Assembly: GCF_006345805.1 (NCBI RefSeq)
Contig: NC_043010.1
Location: forward strand, 992,001 to 1,056,000
Reading direction: 5' to 3'
Length of the DNA stretch: 64,000 nt
DNA from: Octopus sinensis
Taxonomy: Eukaryota
Positions 12,345 to 24,934 of this stretch are shown here, piece by piece. The notes under the pieces are model-generated. The model made no database searches. It was not told the DNA's origin and worked only from the letters and a program-made list of their open reading frames with translations. The position numbers were made by a program, and so were the translations under genes. Within the stretch, counting starts at the first letter, position 1. Every line of letters starts with the position of its first letter.

Positions 12345-13110
12345 TGGTTTCGAATTTTGGTGAAACATCAGCAAGTTCGGAGGAGGGGTAAGATGATTAC
12401 ATCAACTCCAATCCTCAACAGCTACTTATTTTATTGACCCTGAAAGGATGAACAGCAAAGGTGACTTTGGGGAATTTAATAATAATAATAATAATAATAA
12501 TAATGATAATAATAATAATAATGATAACAATAATAATAATGATAATGATGATGATGATGATGATGATGATGACGATGACGACGACGACGACGACAATCTT
12601 TTCTACCATAGGCACAAGGCCTGATACTTTAGGGAAAAGGGCTAATCAGTTACATTGACCCCAGTGCTCAACTGATATTTATTTTACCAAACTCCAAAAA
12701 AATGAAAGAGAAAGTTGACCTTGACAGAATTTGAACTCAGAATGTAAAGACAAACAAAGTACCACCAAGCATATTGTCCAACACGCTAACACTTCTACCA
12801 ACTCACCAACTCAATAATAATAATGATCCTTTCTATTAAGGCATAAAGGGCTGAAATTTTTGGGGAAGGCAACTAGTTGGTAATAGGGTACCTTATGCTC
12901 ATTCTATTGACCCCAAAAGGACGACAAAGCAAAATCAACCTCAATGACATTTGAACTCAGAATGTAAGATTGAAAGAAATACCACAAAGCATTTTGTTAG
13001 GCATGCTAACATTTCTTCTAGCTTGCAGCAGCATTAGCAGTACTAGTAGTAGAAGTAGTAGCAGCAGTAATAATAATGGTTTCTCTGATTTAGGCACAAG
13101 GTGAGAAATT
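12345..13110 (-). mobile_element. Head-to-tail array of 3-4 SINE group D copies separated by (AAT)n
   Basis: Repeated ggcacaaggc...cttattttattgacccc...aatttgaactcagaatgtaa units at about 12345, 12598 and 12825, plus a tail fragment at about 13075. Confidence 0.8.
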
Positions 13111-13457
13111 CAGAAAATGATTCAAGTAGAGTTTCATGAAAATTCACAAAAAAACAAAAAAAAACAAATAAAAATGAAGAACCAAAGAACCTGAAATAAA
13201 ATTTTACTTTTACGATTTGTTCATGCTTTTACTTTTGTTGAAAAATATTATATTAATTTACATAATTATATTTCTAATCAGTAATTTTTTTTCCAATATT
13301 TTTTGCATTGCTTCCGGGAAAACACTGTTTGAAGTGTTTCAGTGAAAAGAACATGTTTCAGAAAAAAAAGTCACATGATCAATGAGATTCCTTCAGAGAA
13401 AGTTGTACCAAAATGTAAAATTTCAGCAACTTAAGTGAAACACCGGATTTACAACTT

Positions 13458-13491
<34 letters not shown>

Positions 13492-13857
13492 TGTGTGTGT
13501 GTGTGTGTGTGTATTTTCATAATAGTAATAGTAATTATAATAATACTAATAATAATATTTTATAATCTTAGAACTTATGAGCGATCACCGTGTAATGACT
13601 GAAGAAAATTGTGTAATATTGGGGCATATAAGCCCTTGACAAAAAAAGTGGGTTTTTGTATGCATGGGACTTGAACACACAAATCTATATATTCACAATA
13701 TAATCATACATACATATATCGTCCAAACCAGGCTAGCATGGAAAGTGGGCGTTAAACGATGATGATAAGCATCATCATATATATATATATATAAAAGAAT
13801 TTTTTGCATAATAATTTAAAAAGAAGGCTGTATAGATGTTAGAGCATTTATAGATAG

Positions 13858-13912
13858 AAGTCTTACAGCTGTTTCTAGGATATTAATTAATAATATCCTT
13901 TCATTGGAGATG
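13858..13912 (-). ncRNA. Degenerate type-I hammerhead-ribozyme-like motif, probably inactive relic
   Basis: Minus strand reads CATCT CCAATGA A AGGATATT attaatt AATATCCT A GAAA CAGCTGTA AGACT: perfect 8-bp stem II, GAAA, palindromic ACAGCTGT stem III, GTA triplet. The core CTGANGA is mutated. Confidence 0.45.
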
Positions 13913-14180
13913 GTGTGAGAGGAAAAATTAAGTCATAGTTAGTTTCAATGTGATACAAAATAGAGAGTGAGGTGGAGGAAAGAAAATAGATGTAAGATAA
14001 TATTGAAATATTGCATAACGGTATATATGCAATATATAAGAGACCGATAGAATATGTACTAGGCTTACAAAGAATAAGTGCTGGGTTGATTTGTTTGACT
14101 AAAGGCAGTGCTCCAGCATGGCCGCAGTCAAATGACTGAAACAAATAAAAGGATATAGATATGTCTATGTATTAATATAA

Positions 14181-14384
14181 AGCATTAAGTCAGGAGGCGT
14201 GAGAAATGAAGATAGATTTATTTTTCCATTTGACTTCCATATGATTACAACTGTTCCGTAACCTTTATATAGTGTTCTTTATTTCAGTATACAATACACA
14301 AAGGTTACGAAACAGCTGTAAACAGACGGAAATATGGAAAAGTAAATACATCTTCACTTCTTACACCTCCTGACTTTATGCATT
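14181..14384. mobile_element. MITE-like inverted repeat (~85-bp arms, 33-bp spacer)
   Basis: aagtcaggaggcgtgagaaatgaagat...ccgtaaccttt (14187-14266) vs aaaggttacg...atcttcacttcttacacctcctgactt (14300-14377). Confidence 0.7.
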
Positions 14385-15194
14385 ATGTACTCCTTCGGTG
14401 AAATCTATTACTCTAATTTGCTGGTTTTTTAGTTACACAGGCATATTAGATCATACAACATCATAATTAATTGACAAGCAGACTGATAGCTAATTTTGAA
14501 AGGGGGTCTTTCTGTGATAGCCACACAAAGGGCTTCTTTCAGTTTCCATCTATCAAATGCTCTTGCAAAGCTTTTGTCAGCTCAGTGCTATAGTAAAAGA
14601 CACTGAGGTGCTGTGCAGTAGGAATGAACCTAAGGACACACACCTGGGAAGCAAAAACTCTTTACCACACAATCACACCTGTGCCTCTCAACCACACCGA
14701 AGCCTTACAGCTACGCTATCATGATGAAATATACCCAGTACTGCACTGCAAATTGGTTGATGGTCAGACAAGGAAATGTAGGTTTGAGTGAAATCTTTCT
14801 GTCCAGCAGACTTGGCAATATTACTTCTGCTGGTGTCATGACAAAATGCATCCAGCTGTAAGAACTCTACCAAAGAGGGGATGTATGAACAGGACATGGG
14901 TGCTTCCTTGGTCAATCCAGAAGGGCAATAACTCTAAATACAAGCATATTCAGACTGTAACAATCCATCCGACCCATACCAGCATGGAAAGTGAATACTA
15001 AATGATAATGACCAACCTATGTATGTATGTATGTAATCATGTATGTATGTATGTATGTATGTATGTATGTATGTATGTATCTATCTATCTATCTATCTAT
15101 CTCTATAATGTATTTACATAGCTGTATGTGCATGTGTGTATGTCTATCGGTGTGTATACTCATAATTGTATAGCTATAATGTATACAACATGCT

Positions 15195-15233
<39 letters not shown>

Positions 15234-15344
15234 GTATATATGTATATATATAGGTATGCATATATTTATGTACTTGTAATGGATATGTGTATTTATGTGT
15301 ATGTGTGTGTACCCATATAATTATAAGGCTATGATGTATATAAC

Positions 15345-15420
<76 letters not shown>

Positions 15421-15751
15421 GGATATGTCTACGTACTTACATATATAATGTGTTGTGTGTGCAGCTTAGATGTAGAACCAAAAATCTTCAAATATTTCAG
15501 ACCTGATTATGGCATATTACTATATTGATTTATTGGAATGGCAGCAATATAATCCTCCTACCACTTCTCTCTCTCTCTCTTTCTCTCTCTCCCCATTCCT
15601 CTCTCTCTCACACAGCTCTTTCTCTCCTTCTCTCTCTCTCTCTCTCTCTCTCTGTGCATCCCTCTCCAACTCTATCAATCTATCGCCACAACCAGACACA
15701 CAATCACTGAATCATGCATATGAAAAAAAGATAAAATAAAAAATAAAACAA

Positions 15752-15799
<48 letters not shown>

Positions 15800-16360
15800 C
15801 ATTTAATTTAGTCCAGTGAAAAAAAATATGCATATGTAGAGTAACCGTTGTGCATTAAATACATAATAACATAAGTCTTAAGTGCTCATAGAATGCACTT
15901 CCCTTTGCAAGTACAAGCTGATGCATATGTGGACGTGAGTGAGTGTGTGTGTGTATTTGTATTTGATTGTGTATGTATGTATGTGTGCATGTGTGTGCGT
16001 ATGTATGTATGTTATTACATGACGAGTTTTATCTGCATGCAAGCTTTTCAATTAATTCAATGGCCAGGAAATAAGCTAAAAATTAATATAGATGTAATGA
16101 AGAAAAGGGGGGAGCAAAAAAAAAAGAAAAAAAAGCTATAAAAAAAAGCAAATAAAAAGCATACACACTTAAAAAAAAACAATGAAAAAATAAAAAAGAA
16201 CGTTGGGGAATAAACATCAAAACTTACTCAAACATGTGAACACACACACACACACACACATACATACATTCATTCATATATATATATATATATATATATA
16301 TAAGCACGATGTATTTGTAAACAGCTACAAATATCTATGGTTATAGAACAGATACATGTA

Positions 16361-16408
<48 letters not shown>

Positions 16409-16750
16409 TGCATACATATATATATATATATACATACACATATATGCTTACATACATATATGCATATATACATACATACATATGAATGCATGCATATATA
16501 TATATATTATATATATATATACACACATATATATATACATGTATATATATGCATGCATGTATATGCATATGCATATAAACATTTCATAGAGTATTGCTTT
16601 AAACTCACACTTTACAACTTATTAAATATTGCTATAATATAGACATGAAACGAACAATTTTTTTTCTCTAATGTTCTTTACATTTTTCCATTGAATCACA
16701 TGTGTAGAGGGTGTATACATGTATCTAATGTGTACATGTTCTTAATGGTT

Positions 16751-16802
<52 letters not shown>

Positions 16803-17371
16803 AACATATAAGAGTGTCTGAATATGAGAGCATACGCGGGTGTGCTGTGCTATGCTATGTACATTTTATCAAACATTTCTGGCTTTTTATTATTTTTATT
16901 TTTTTGCTTTTTATTTATTTATTTATTTTTTAATATATCTATTTTCCCTTCTTTCTGTGAAATGTACTTGTGTTCCGGTAATGAGGAATTACTCTCTCTG
17001 TCTGTCAATTGGTTCCAATGGAAAGCTTCCTGCTTGAAACTGTTCTGTACTGTTATTTGTGTGCCTATATATATAGATATATATATATATATACATATAA
17101 ACATACATATATACATATACATACACACACACATATATACATAAATAACTCTATAAATATGTGCTAGTGTATGTGTGTGTATATATATATATATGTAGGT
17201 ATATATGCACAGAGTATATGTATACAGACATATATATACCCGATACCAGTATATATACTTAATTTTTTTACATAATATCTATACATATTTGTATATTGTT
17301 TTTTGTAGGCAGTTTATTTTGTTGGAGTTCGTTAAGACCAGTCTAACATGAGTTTTGTGTGATGAGTGAGC

Positions 17372-17411
<40 letters not shown>

Positions 17412-17564
17412 CTGTCCATGTCAATGAATCTCAACTGTATATGTAGATATGTATGTGTGTTTGTGTATGTATGTGTGTGAATGGGTCGTTACAAGTAGTC
17501 TAGGTAACAGCAGTGATATGTGTTACACATGAGAGCATATGCACACATACCAACACTGCCAAGT

Positions 17565-17600
<36 letters not shown>

Positions 17601-17810
17601 TATGTATCTATACATAGACACACATAAGAAAGTGTTCATATGTGTACAAGTCTATAATTAATTATATTGAACCATATATATTTATATACATCTGCATTCA
17701 ACTCTACATTCTCCACACATACAAACACACACATGCATCAATGTTTATGTATACATGCTCATGCACATACATACATGCATACATACACATGCACATATAT
17801 ATGTACATAC

Positions 17811-17845
<35 letters not shown>

Positions 17846-17846
<1 letters not shown>

Positions 17847-18243
17847 TCTTTACTCTTTTACTTGTTTCAGTCACTTGACTGTAGCCATGCTGGAGCACTG
17901 TCTTTAGTCAAGCAAATCAACCCCAGGACTTATTCTTTGAAAGCCTAGTACTTATTCTATTGGTCTCTTTTGCTGAACCGCTAAGTTATGGGGATGTAAA
18001 CACACCAGCATCGGTTGTCAAGCAATGTTTGGGGCAACAAACACAGACACACAAACACACACATATATATATATACATATACATATAGACGACAGCTTCT
18101 TTCAGTTTCCATCTACCAAATCCACTTACAAGGCTTTGGTCGGCCTGAGGCTATCATAGAAGACACTTGCCCAAGGTGCCACGCAGTGAGACTGAACCTG
18201 GAACCATGTGGTTGGTAAGCAAGCTACTTACCACACAGCCACT
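17846..18243 (-). mobile_element. SINE group A, full-length (~400 bp, internal microsatellite)
   Basis: Complete RC from tail ctcttttacttgtttcagtc to head ccacacagccact. Confidence 0.9.
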
Positions 18244-19494
18244 CACTATTTAACATCTGTTTGATGGTCTGACAGGACTTGGTGAGCTTGATGCTACATT
18301 GAGCTCCATATCAACTTTGCAGGAGTTCCTGCAGCTGGATGTGCAGTGTGTACTGGGTGCTTTACTCATGTCACAGGTGCATGTTAGCTTACCAAGTAAC
18401 ATGCAAGATAAGAAAGAACCAGAAAAGGGAAAATCCCTTTTGAATAAGTGGTGGGGTGTATTTGAGAAGATGGAGAGGTGATTTCATGCCAGGTACAGGC
18501 ATAATTAGAGTGGTCTTGCTATAGAGAAGATTTATACATATATGCATTATTTATACATATATAATGTGCTGTTCTGTGATGGCAAGATCAACAAAAAAAA
18601 GTACTCCACCTGGTGAGATAAATATTATTTAATAAATACAATATGATTTTATGTGCTATTATTAGTTTCATGTGCTGGGAGCATGCCAAACTGTGCTTTT
18701 TAATACATCTGGTGTCTTAGTACAATCATCAGATATTGCCCACATAGCATCATGAACTTCTCATTTTTAGTTCGTTATACCATGAGGGCAGTGTCTGATT
18801 ATTGTGCAAGACATGTTAAAAACCACTATTTGGCATGCTCTCATCACATAAAACTAATAGTAACACATAGAAACATATATTGTGTTTATTAAATAATATT
18901 ATATATATATATGAAACATGATTGCCCAGACTCTCAGATGTTATACATCACTGGTCACCATGCTCTTTGCATTGTTTTAGATTCTGAATGATGCCACCCC
19001 ATTGGCTAGGTGAGTAGGCCAGCATTCTCCCTGATCAGAAAGCTACTCCATCATAGGGTTACCCTTTTACTGTTGAGTGGACCAGCCAGTCTGGGAATGA
19101 AATCCACTAAGCAATATATACACATATGCCCATGCACACGAGGGTGAATCAGAAAATTGTGTTACTTTCTGATCCACCTTTATACTTATATATACACACT
19201 CATACATACACATATATTACAGGTAAGTTAACTATTTCAATGCTATGCTATAGAAATGAATGGTCATAGATTTTAGCTAATATTGTATATAACGATGATG
19301 ATGATGATGATGATGATGATGATAGACAAATTGTAAATAACTTGTCTATTTTGTGTTCAAAGAGTGAGATCAGCCAGTCTAGTTTAAAATCTGTGTTGGT
19401 ATTTCATAACAACTAGGATCCTTCTTTTACTCCCTGTAAAGCAACAATCTGTTATAAAGGGCTTAAGCAAACTGGGTGGACTGATTTGTTTATA

Positions 19495-19582
19495 CCTGAT
19501 TGATTGATTGATAAATAGATGGATTGATAATAGATAGATAGATAAATATAGATAGATAGATAGATGGATGGATAGATAGATG

Positions 19583-19669
<87 letters not shown>

Positions 19670-19682
19670 GGATAGATAGATA
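19495..19682. repeat. (GATA)n/(GATT)n tetranucleotide microsatellite
   Basis: Long gata array visible directly. Confidence 0.95.
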
Positions 19683-19876
19683 AACAGGTTCACTTAGCCC
19701 TTCATGTTACTTAAAGTTTCATGGATGTGAAAACACGACCATCTCCTCAGAAGCAAAGAGATGAAGAAGCAAAATGACCTCTGTTTACAGAGAGAACTTA
19801 ATCTCCATTGGTCAATTCAGGTCATGTTGTAGGGACAATAGCTCTATGGCAACAGATCTCTCTACATAGAGATTAA

Positions 19877-20097
19877 CCCTTTAACATTCAGATTACTCTG
19901 TCAAGTGGAATGTATATTTATTCATAGTGTTTTGAATTAAACATGCATTATCATGTAGCTTCAAGATTTCAACGATGTGATTGTTTATTTTTAGAGTGAC
20001 ATTGTAGGATAGGTGTGAGAAGTTGGATCTAGTCAGTTGGAATGTAAAACAGGTAGAATATTTTGGGCCGGATATGGATGGCTTAAATGCTAAAAGG
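19877..20097. mobile_element. piggyBac-type MITE
   Basis: TTAA|CCCTTTAACATT at the left end and AATGCTAAAAGG at the right end (CCCTTTAGCATT-type TIR); the right TTAA is degenerate. Confidence 0.7.
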
Positions 20098-20499
20098 TTT
20101 TCACCACTTTGTCATCAAAGCTCATATCTGATGCATCTTCATCATCACTGCTTATTTGAAGGGGTGGTCAGGAATAGATTCCACATTACAGAGAGAGTTT
20201 AATATCTGATTGTCAGTTCTGGTCATGTGGATGTAGTTATATCTCAGCGACAACAGATGAATGCCACTAAATCATCAGTGTGTGGTGCTTGGTGTAGATG
20301 CTGGTGGCATGTCTGCCAGATCATTGAGTTGCAGGAATGAGGGACTGTAATGTCTGTGTGGACATCAAGCATAGTATAGCATGGTAAAAGGTGGTATACT
20401 GAAATTAGTGGGGGTTAATAGTTTGAAAGACATCAAAAATGCATGTGTTCTGTGACATCAATATAAAATATCAGTGTTTCTAATAATGGATTCTGCAGG

Positions 20500-21310
20500 T
20501 GGTTGGAATATGTCTAGCCGTCTGTCAAGCAGAGGTAGCAATTTGCAGTTCCAGGTGAATAAGGTGAAGTTTAATTGAGTTATACTCCATTTTATGTTAA
20601 GGTAAGGTGTTGCTGAGGTTACAGAGACAAGGTGGTACACTTTTTCATCCTTACATCTGAATGAATGTATGTCACAAGTATCTTCCCTTGAAGGCATTGT
20701 CAGTTGTGCCCATGTAGTGTCTCATGATACAACTGGGTGGTGTGATGGTGACCCTATAAACCATGGCTTTCAAGAGGCAGGATCCTCCCAACAGACAGTT
20801 GGTAGGATTTTAGCAGTCGCAGATGGGAATGTGGGATGGAAATTATAGGGATGCATGTTTGTTTCTGTAAGAGCATGTGATATCAGAAGCAATATCATAT
20901 AAACATAAATAGCTGACCTTAACATTATTGGGATTAAGAAGTTTATAATATTTATGGGACCGAGGGAAATGTTGCTTGATTGCAGTTAGAAAGCTGTTAG
21001 CTATAACGCTAAAACCACCTAGGTTGAGTGGAGGATTATACCAGATCAGCTTTCCTTTTTTAACATGGAGGGTGCAAATGGGTGGGTGGTAGTCACCCAT
21101 GTATACTAACTTGTCAGTAAACCCACTCTTCATTAGAAGCTTATTGTAATGAGGTGCTGGTCTCTTGAAGATTGCTCTAACTGATGGCAGGTTGGATATT
21201 CTTTTGCTGGTATATGTAACAGGTCTGTTTTTTTATCAAAGATGAAGGATGTTTTTGATCACAGCTAGAGGATGGTTGGAATGTTTATGCGTGTAGGATT
21301 TCCACGAAGA
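20500..21310 (-). pseudogene. Decayed Penelope-like retroelement ORF (RT C-terminus, linker, GIY-YIG endonuclease)
   Basis: Minus-strand translations: YTHKHSNHPLAVIKNI, KRISNL..APHYNKLLMKSGF, IWYNPP..KQHFPRSHKYYKLLNPNNVKVSY.C, CDC*NPTNCLLGGSCL..VYRVT..HYMGTTDNAFKGRY, NIKWSI, CYLCLTD. These are the ordered PLE motifs, interrupted by stops and frameshifts. Confidence 0.88.
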
Positions 21311-21687
21311 AAAGAATTAGAGCAAATGCTGCAATGTATTTTGTTTAGTGGTCTAATGATTGTGCCTGTCTACTGCCATAATAACAACAATAATAATAAT
21401 GACAATGATGGACTCTCCTGTCAAGGATGATGTATGAGTATTCAGCTTTTGCTGAATGACCTACACAGATTATTTGTTCATAGTGATCAAGTGAATATGC
21501 TGCACATTAGCTCACTCCCTCCTGAACAGGTGCATGGTGTAACCTGTGTCAAGTGTTGGACTGGTTGCCATGTAACAAGAGACGAAATGGTTTACTCAAG
21601 AACACAATGCAATAACCAGTCTAGGAATTGAAACTGTGGTCTTGAGATCACAAATGGAACACCCTAACCACTAATAATAATGATAAT

Positions 21688-22365
21688 AATGGTTTCAAAT
21701 TTTGGCACAAGTCCAGCAATTTTAGGGGAGGAGGTAAATTGATTACAGTGACCCCAGTCTTCAACTGGTACTTATTTTATTGACCCCAAAAGGATGAAAG
21801 TCAAAGTTGGCCTTGGTGGAATTTGAACTCAGAATGTAAAGATGGACGACATGTCTCCAAGCCTTTCTCCCTGTATAATAACAATTCTACCAGCTTGCTA
21901 CCTTAATAATAATAATAGTAATAACAGTTTCAAATTTTGGCACAAGGCCTGCAATTTCGGTAAAAGTGGATAAGCCAATTACTTTGACCCCCAATGTTCA
22001 ACTGATACCTATTTCGTCAACCCTGGAAGGTTAAAAGGCAAAGTTGACGTAGACAGAATTTGAACTCAGAATGTAAGGATGAACGAAATGTAATTAAGCA
22101 ATTTTGCCCAGCGTGATAATGATTCTGCCACTTCACTGCTTTTCTTTCTACAATAGACACAAGGCCTGAAATTTTGCAGAAAGGGGCTTGTCAATTTTAA
22201 AGGCCCCCAGTGCTCAACTGGTACTGCTTTTATTGACACCCCACCTCAAAGGATGGATAGGCAAAGTTGGCTTTGACAGCATTTGCACCCAGAACATAAA
22301 GAACGCGAAAGAAATGCCGCTAAGCATTTTTCTCCAGAGCACTAACGATTCTGCCAACTCACCAA
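21688..22365 (-). mobile_element. Head-to-tail array of three SINE group D copies
   Basis: Units starting at about 21688, 21925 and 22143, each with ggcacaag...aactgg/atac..ttattgacccc...gaactcagaatgtaaa. Confidence 0.85.
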
Positions 22366-22988
22366 CAATAATAATAACAACAACAACACGATGTTAGTGC
22401 AGTTGTGATGGTAGAGAATGGATAACAAAAATGGAATGTATGCACACACATACAAAAATAACAAAGAAACAGAATGAGGATGTAGAAAAATTTATATTCC
22501 TATATAAACCAAATTGGAATATCAATTTATTTGCTGGTTGAAGAGAAAAATCGTTAGAATTTATATATATATACATATATATTTCTTCTAATATATATAT
22601 ATACATATATTGCATTTTGTTTTATTTTCATAAGATTCTTTATTATTTTTTTACTCGTTCTACCTTTTCACAAATTTTATTTCATTTATATATTTATTTT
22701 TATTATTTTATTTTCTATTTGTGCGATCCCCTTTCTCGATTTTGCTTTTCTCTTCTTTTGTCCCCCACCTCTCGTTTTTGTTTCTTTATTTCATTTTTTT
22801 TTCTCCCTTTTTCTAATGGTTTGTTATTGTTGTTGTCGTTGTTGTTGTTGCAATTGTTTTGCATTTCGAAAAAGGAAATCTAATCCTTGTAAAATATTTT
22901 TCCTTCCTTAAATGTGTATGTATGTAAATATTTCTGTAAGTGCATGTAAGTATATACATATATATGGGTGTGTGTGCATGTCTATATG

Positions 22989-23050
<62 letters not shown>

Positions 23051-23056
<6 letters not shown>

Positions 23057-23710
23057 ATACATATATATACATATATAATGACATGCATACACATATATAT
23101 ATATATACTTACATTCAAATAATACATACACATATACGCAAACACATACAAAATCACACGCACAAAATTAGATACACCTATGCACACACATGCATATATA
23201 TACATATACACACACACACACATATATATCTTTATTTATATAGGTAGGAATGCATGTATGTAAATATACAAGATCACACACACATATATGATTAAATGTA
23301 TATACATACATACATATAGGTATGTATATAAATATATAAACACACACACATCCATTTATATATATATATATATTATATATATATATATACATAATACATA
23401 TATATACATATATAATGACATGCATACACATATATATATATATACTTACATTCAAATAATACATACACATATACGCAAACACATACAAAATCACACGCAC
23501 AAAATTAGATACACCTATGCACACACATGCATATATATATACATATACACACACACACACATATATATCTTTATTTATATAGGTAGGAATGCATGTATGT
23601 AAATATACAAGATCACACACACATATATGATTAAATGTATATACATACATACATATAGGTATGTATATAAATATATAAACACACACACATCCATTTATAT
23701 ATATATATAT
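23051..23710. repeat. Near-identical 337-bp tandem duplication bounded by (TA)n
   Basis: cttacattcaaat at 23108 and 23445; tacataatac at 23051 and 23388. Confidence 0.9.
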
Positions 23711-24149
23711 ACACTCACATACATTGCATACATATGTATGTACATGCATACTTACATATGTAATAAATGAGGAATTTCTTCATAAGAAAATTACATGAAT
23801 CTCGCCTTTCATGACTGTATCTTCATTGAATATGGTGTGCGTTTTCGGTACAAATGTATTCTGAGAACTTACGTGCTGTGTATGCACTGACGTTCCAAAC
23901 TTGGCGTGCATTGCCGACTAATTTTAGTTAAGACAGTCTTGTTATTGCTGTTTTTGTTGTGTTGTTGTTATTGATACAAACAGTAAATATATAAAACAAG
24001 TAATGTAAAATAAACGAAAAATGTATATAATTCACACCACTGTCTCTCTCTTTCTTTCTCTCTCACTACCACCACCACCATCATCATCATCATCATCCTA
24101 CTATTTACTGACATTAACAACAAACACAACAACAATGCCAGTATCTACA

Positions 24150-24915
24150 TTAAGTGTACAATGCTATCAATAGAAACAACCACAACAACAACAACAACAA
24201 CAACAAGAGCAATAACAGCAACATCTACATTAAGTGTAATGCTATCAATAGCAACAACAACTACAACAACATGCTAAACATGAATGACAGGAAGTTCACC
24301 ACCACCACCACCACCACCACTACAGCTATTGTTGGCAACCCTGAATGGTAGTACACTGCCTGCACTGCAACCAACATTAATACCATCATTAGCATCATTG
24401 TTATTACCATCAAGACCATCACCAACACTATCATCAACATTATTATCATCATTACTATGAGTATTTTTACCATCATTACCATTGCTATCATTACCATCAC
24501 TCTCATTACTATTACTATAAATGCTGTCATTACTCTTGGTCATCACCATCAATATCATTACTGTCATTACCATAACTCATTAACTTGACCACCACCACCA
24601 TCATCATCATCATCAACATCATTATTACCATCAACATTACTGCCATCATTATCATTCTTATGAACATTTTTTACCATCATTCCTATCATTATATTGCTGT
24701 CATTGCCGTTACTATCAGTACCATCATGACAATTGTCATCACTATCATCTCTAGCACTACCATCGATATAATAACTACCAATAGTACCGCTGCCATTAAC
24801 CTTCAACATCATTACTATCACTATCATTACCATAGAAATCAATACCATTAATATCATTACCATCATCATCTTTACTATCATTATGATTACCATCATTACC
24901 ACCATTATTTTTAGG
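24150..24915. repeat. Cryptic (CAT/CAA/CAC) trinucleotide low-complexity tract
   Basis: Degenerate trinucleotide periodicity that produces spurious ORFs on both strands. Confidence 0.85.
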
Positions 24916-24934
24916 TCTGGCACCTGACATGTTC

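Noticed and set aside
24150-24920. Asp/Asn-rich biomineralisation-type protein ORFs
   Set aside because: A cryptic trinucleotide tract open in several frames on both strands, with no splice or start context
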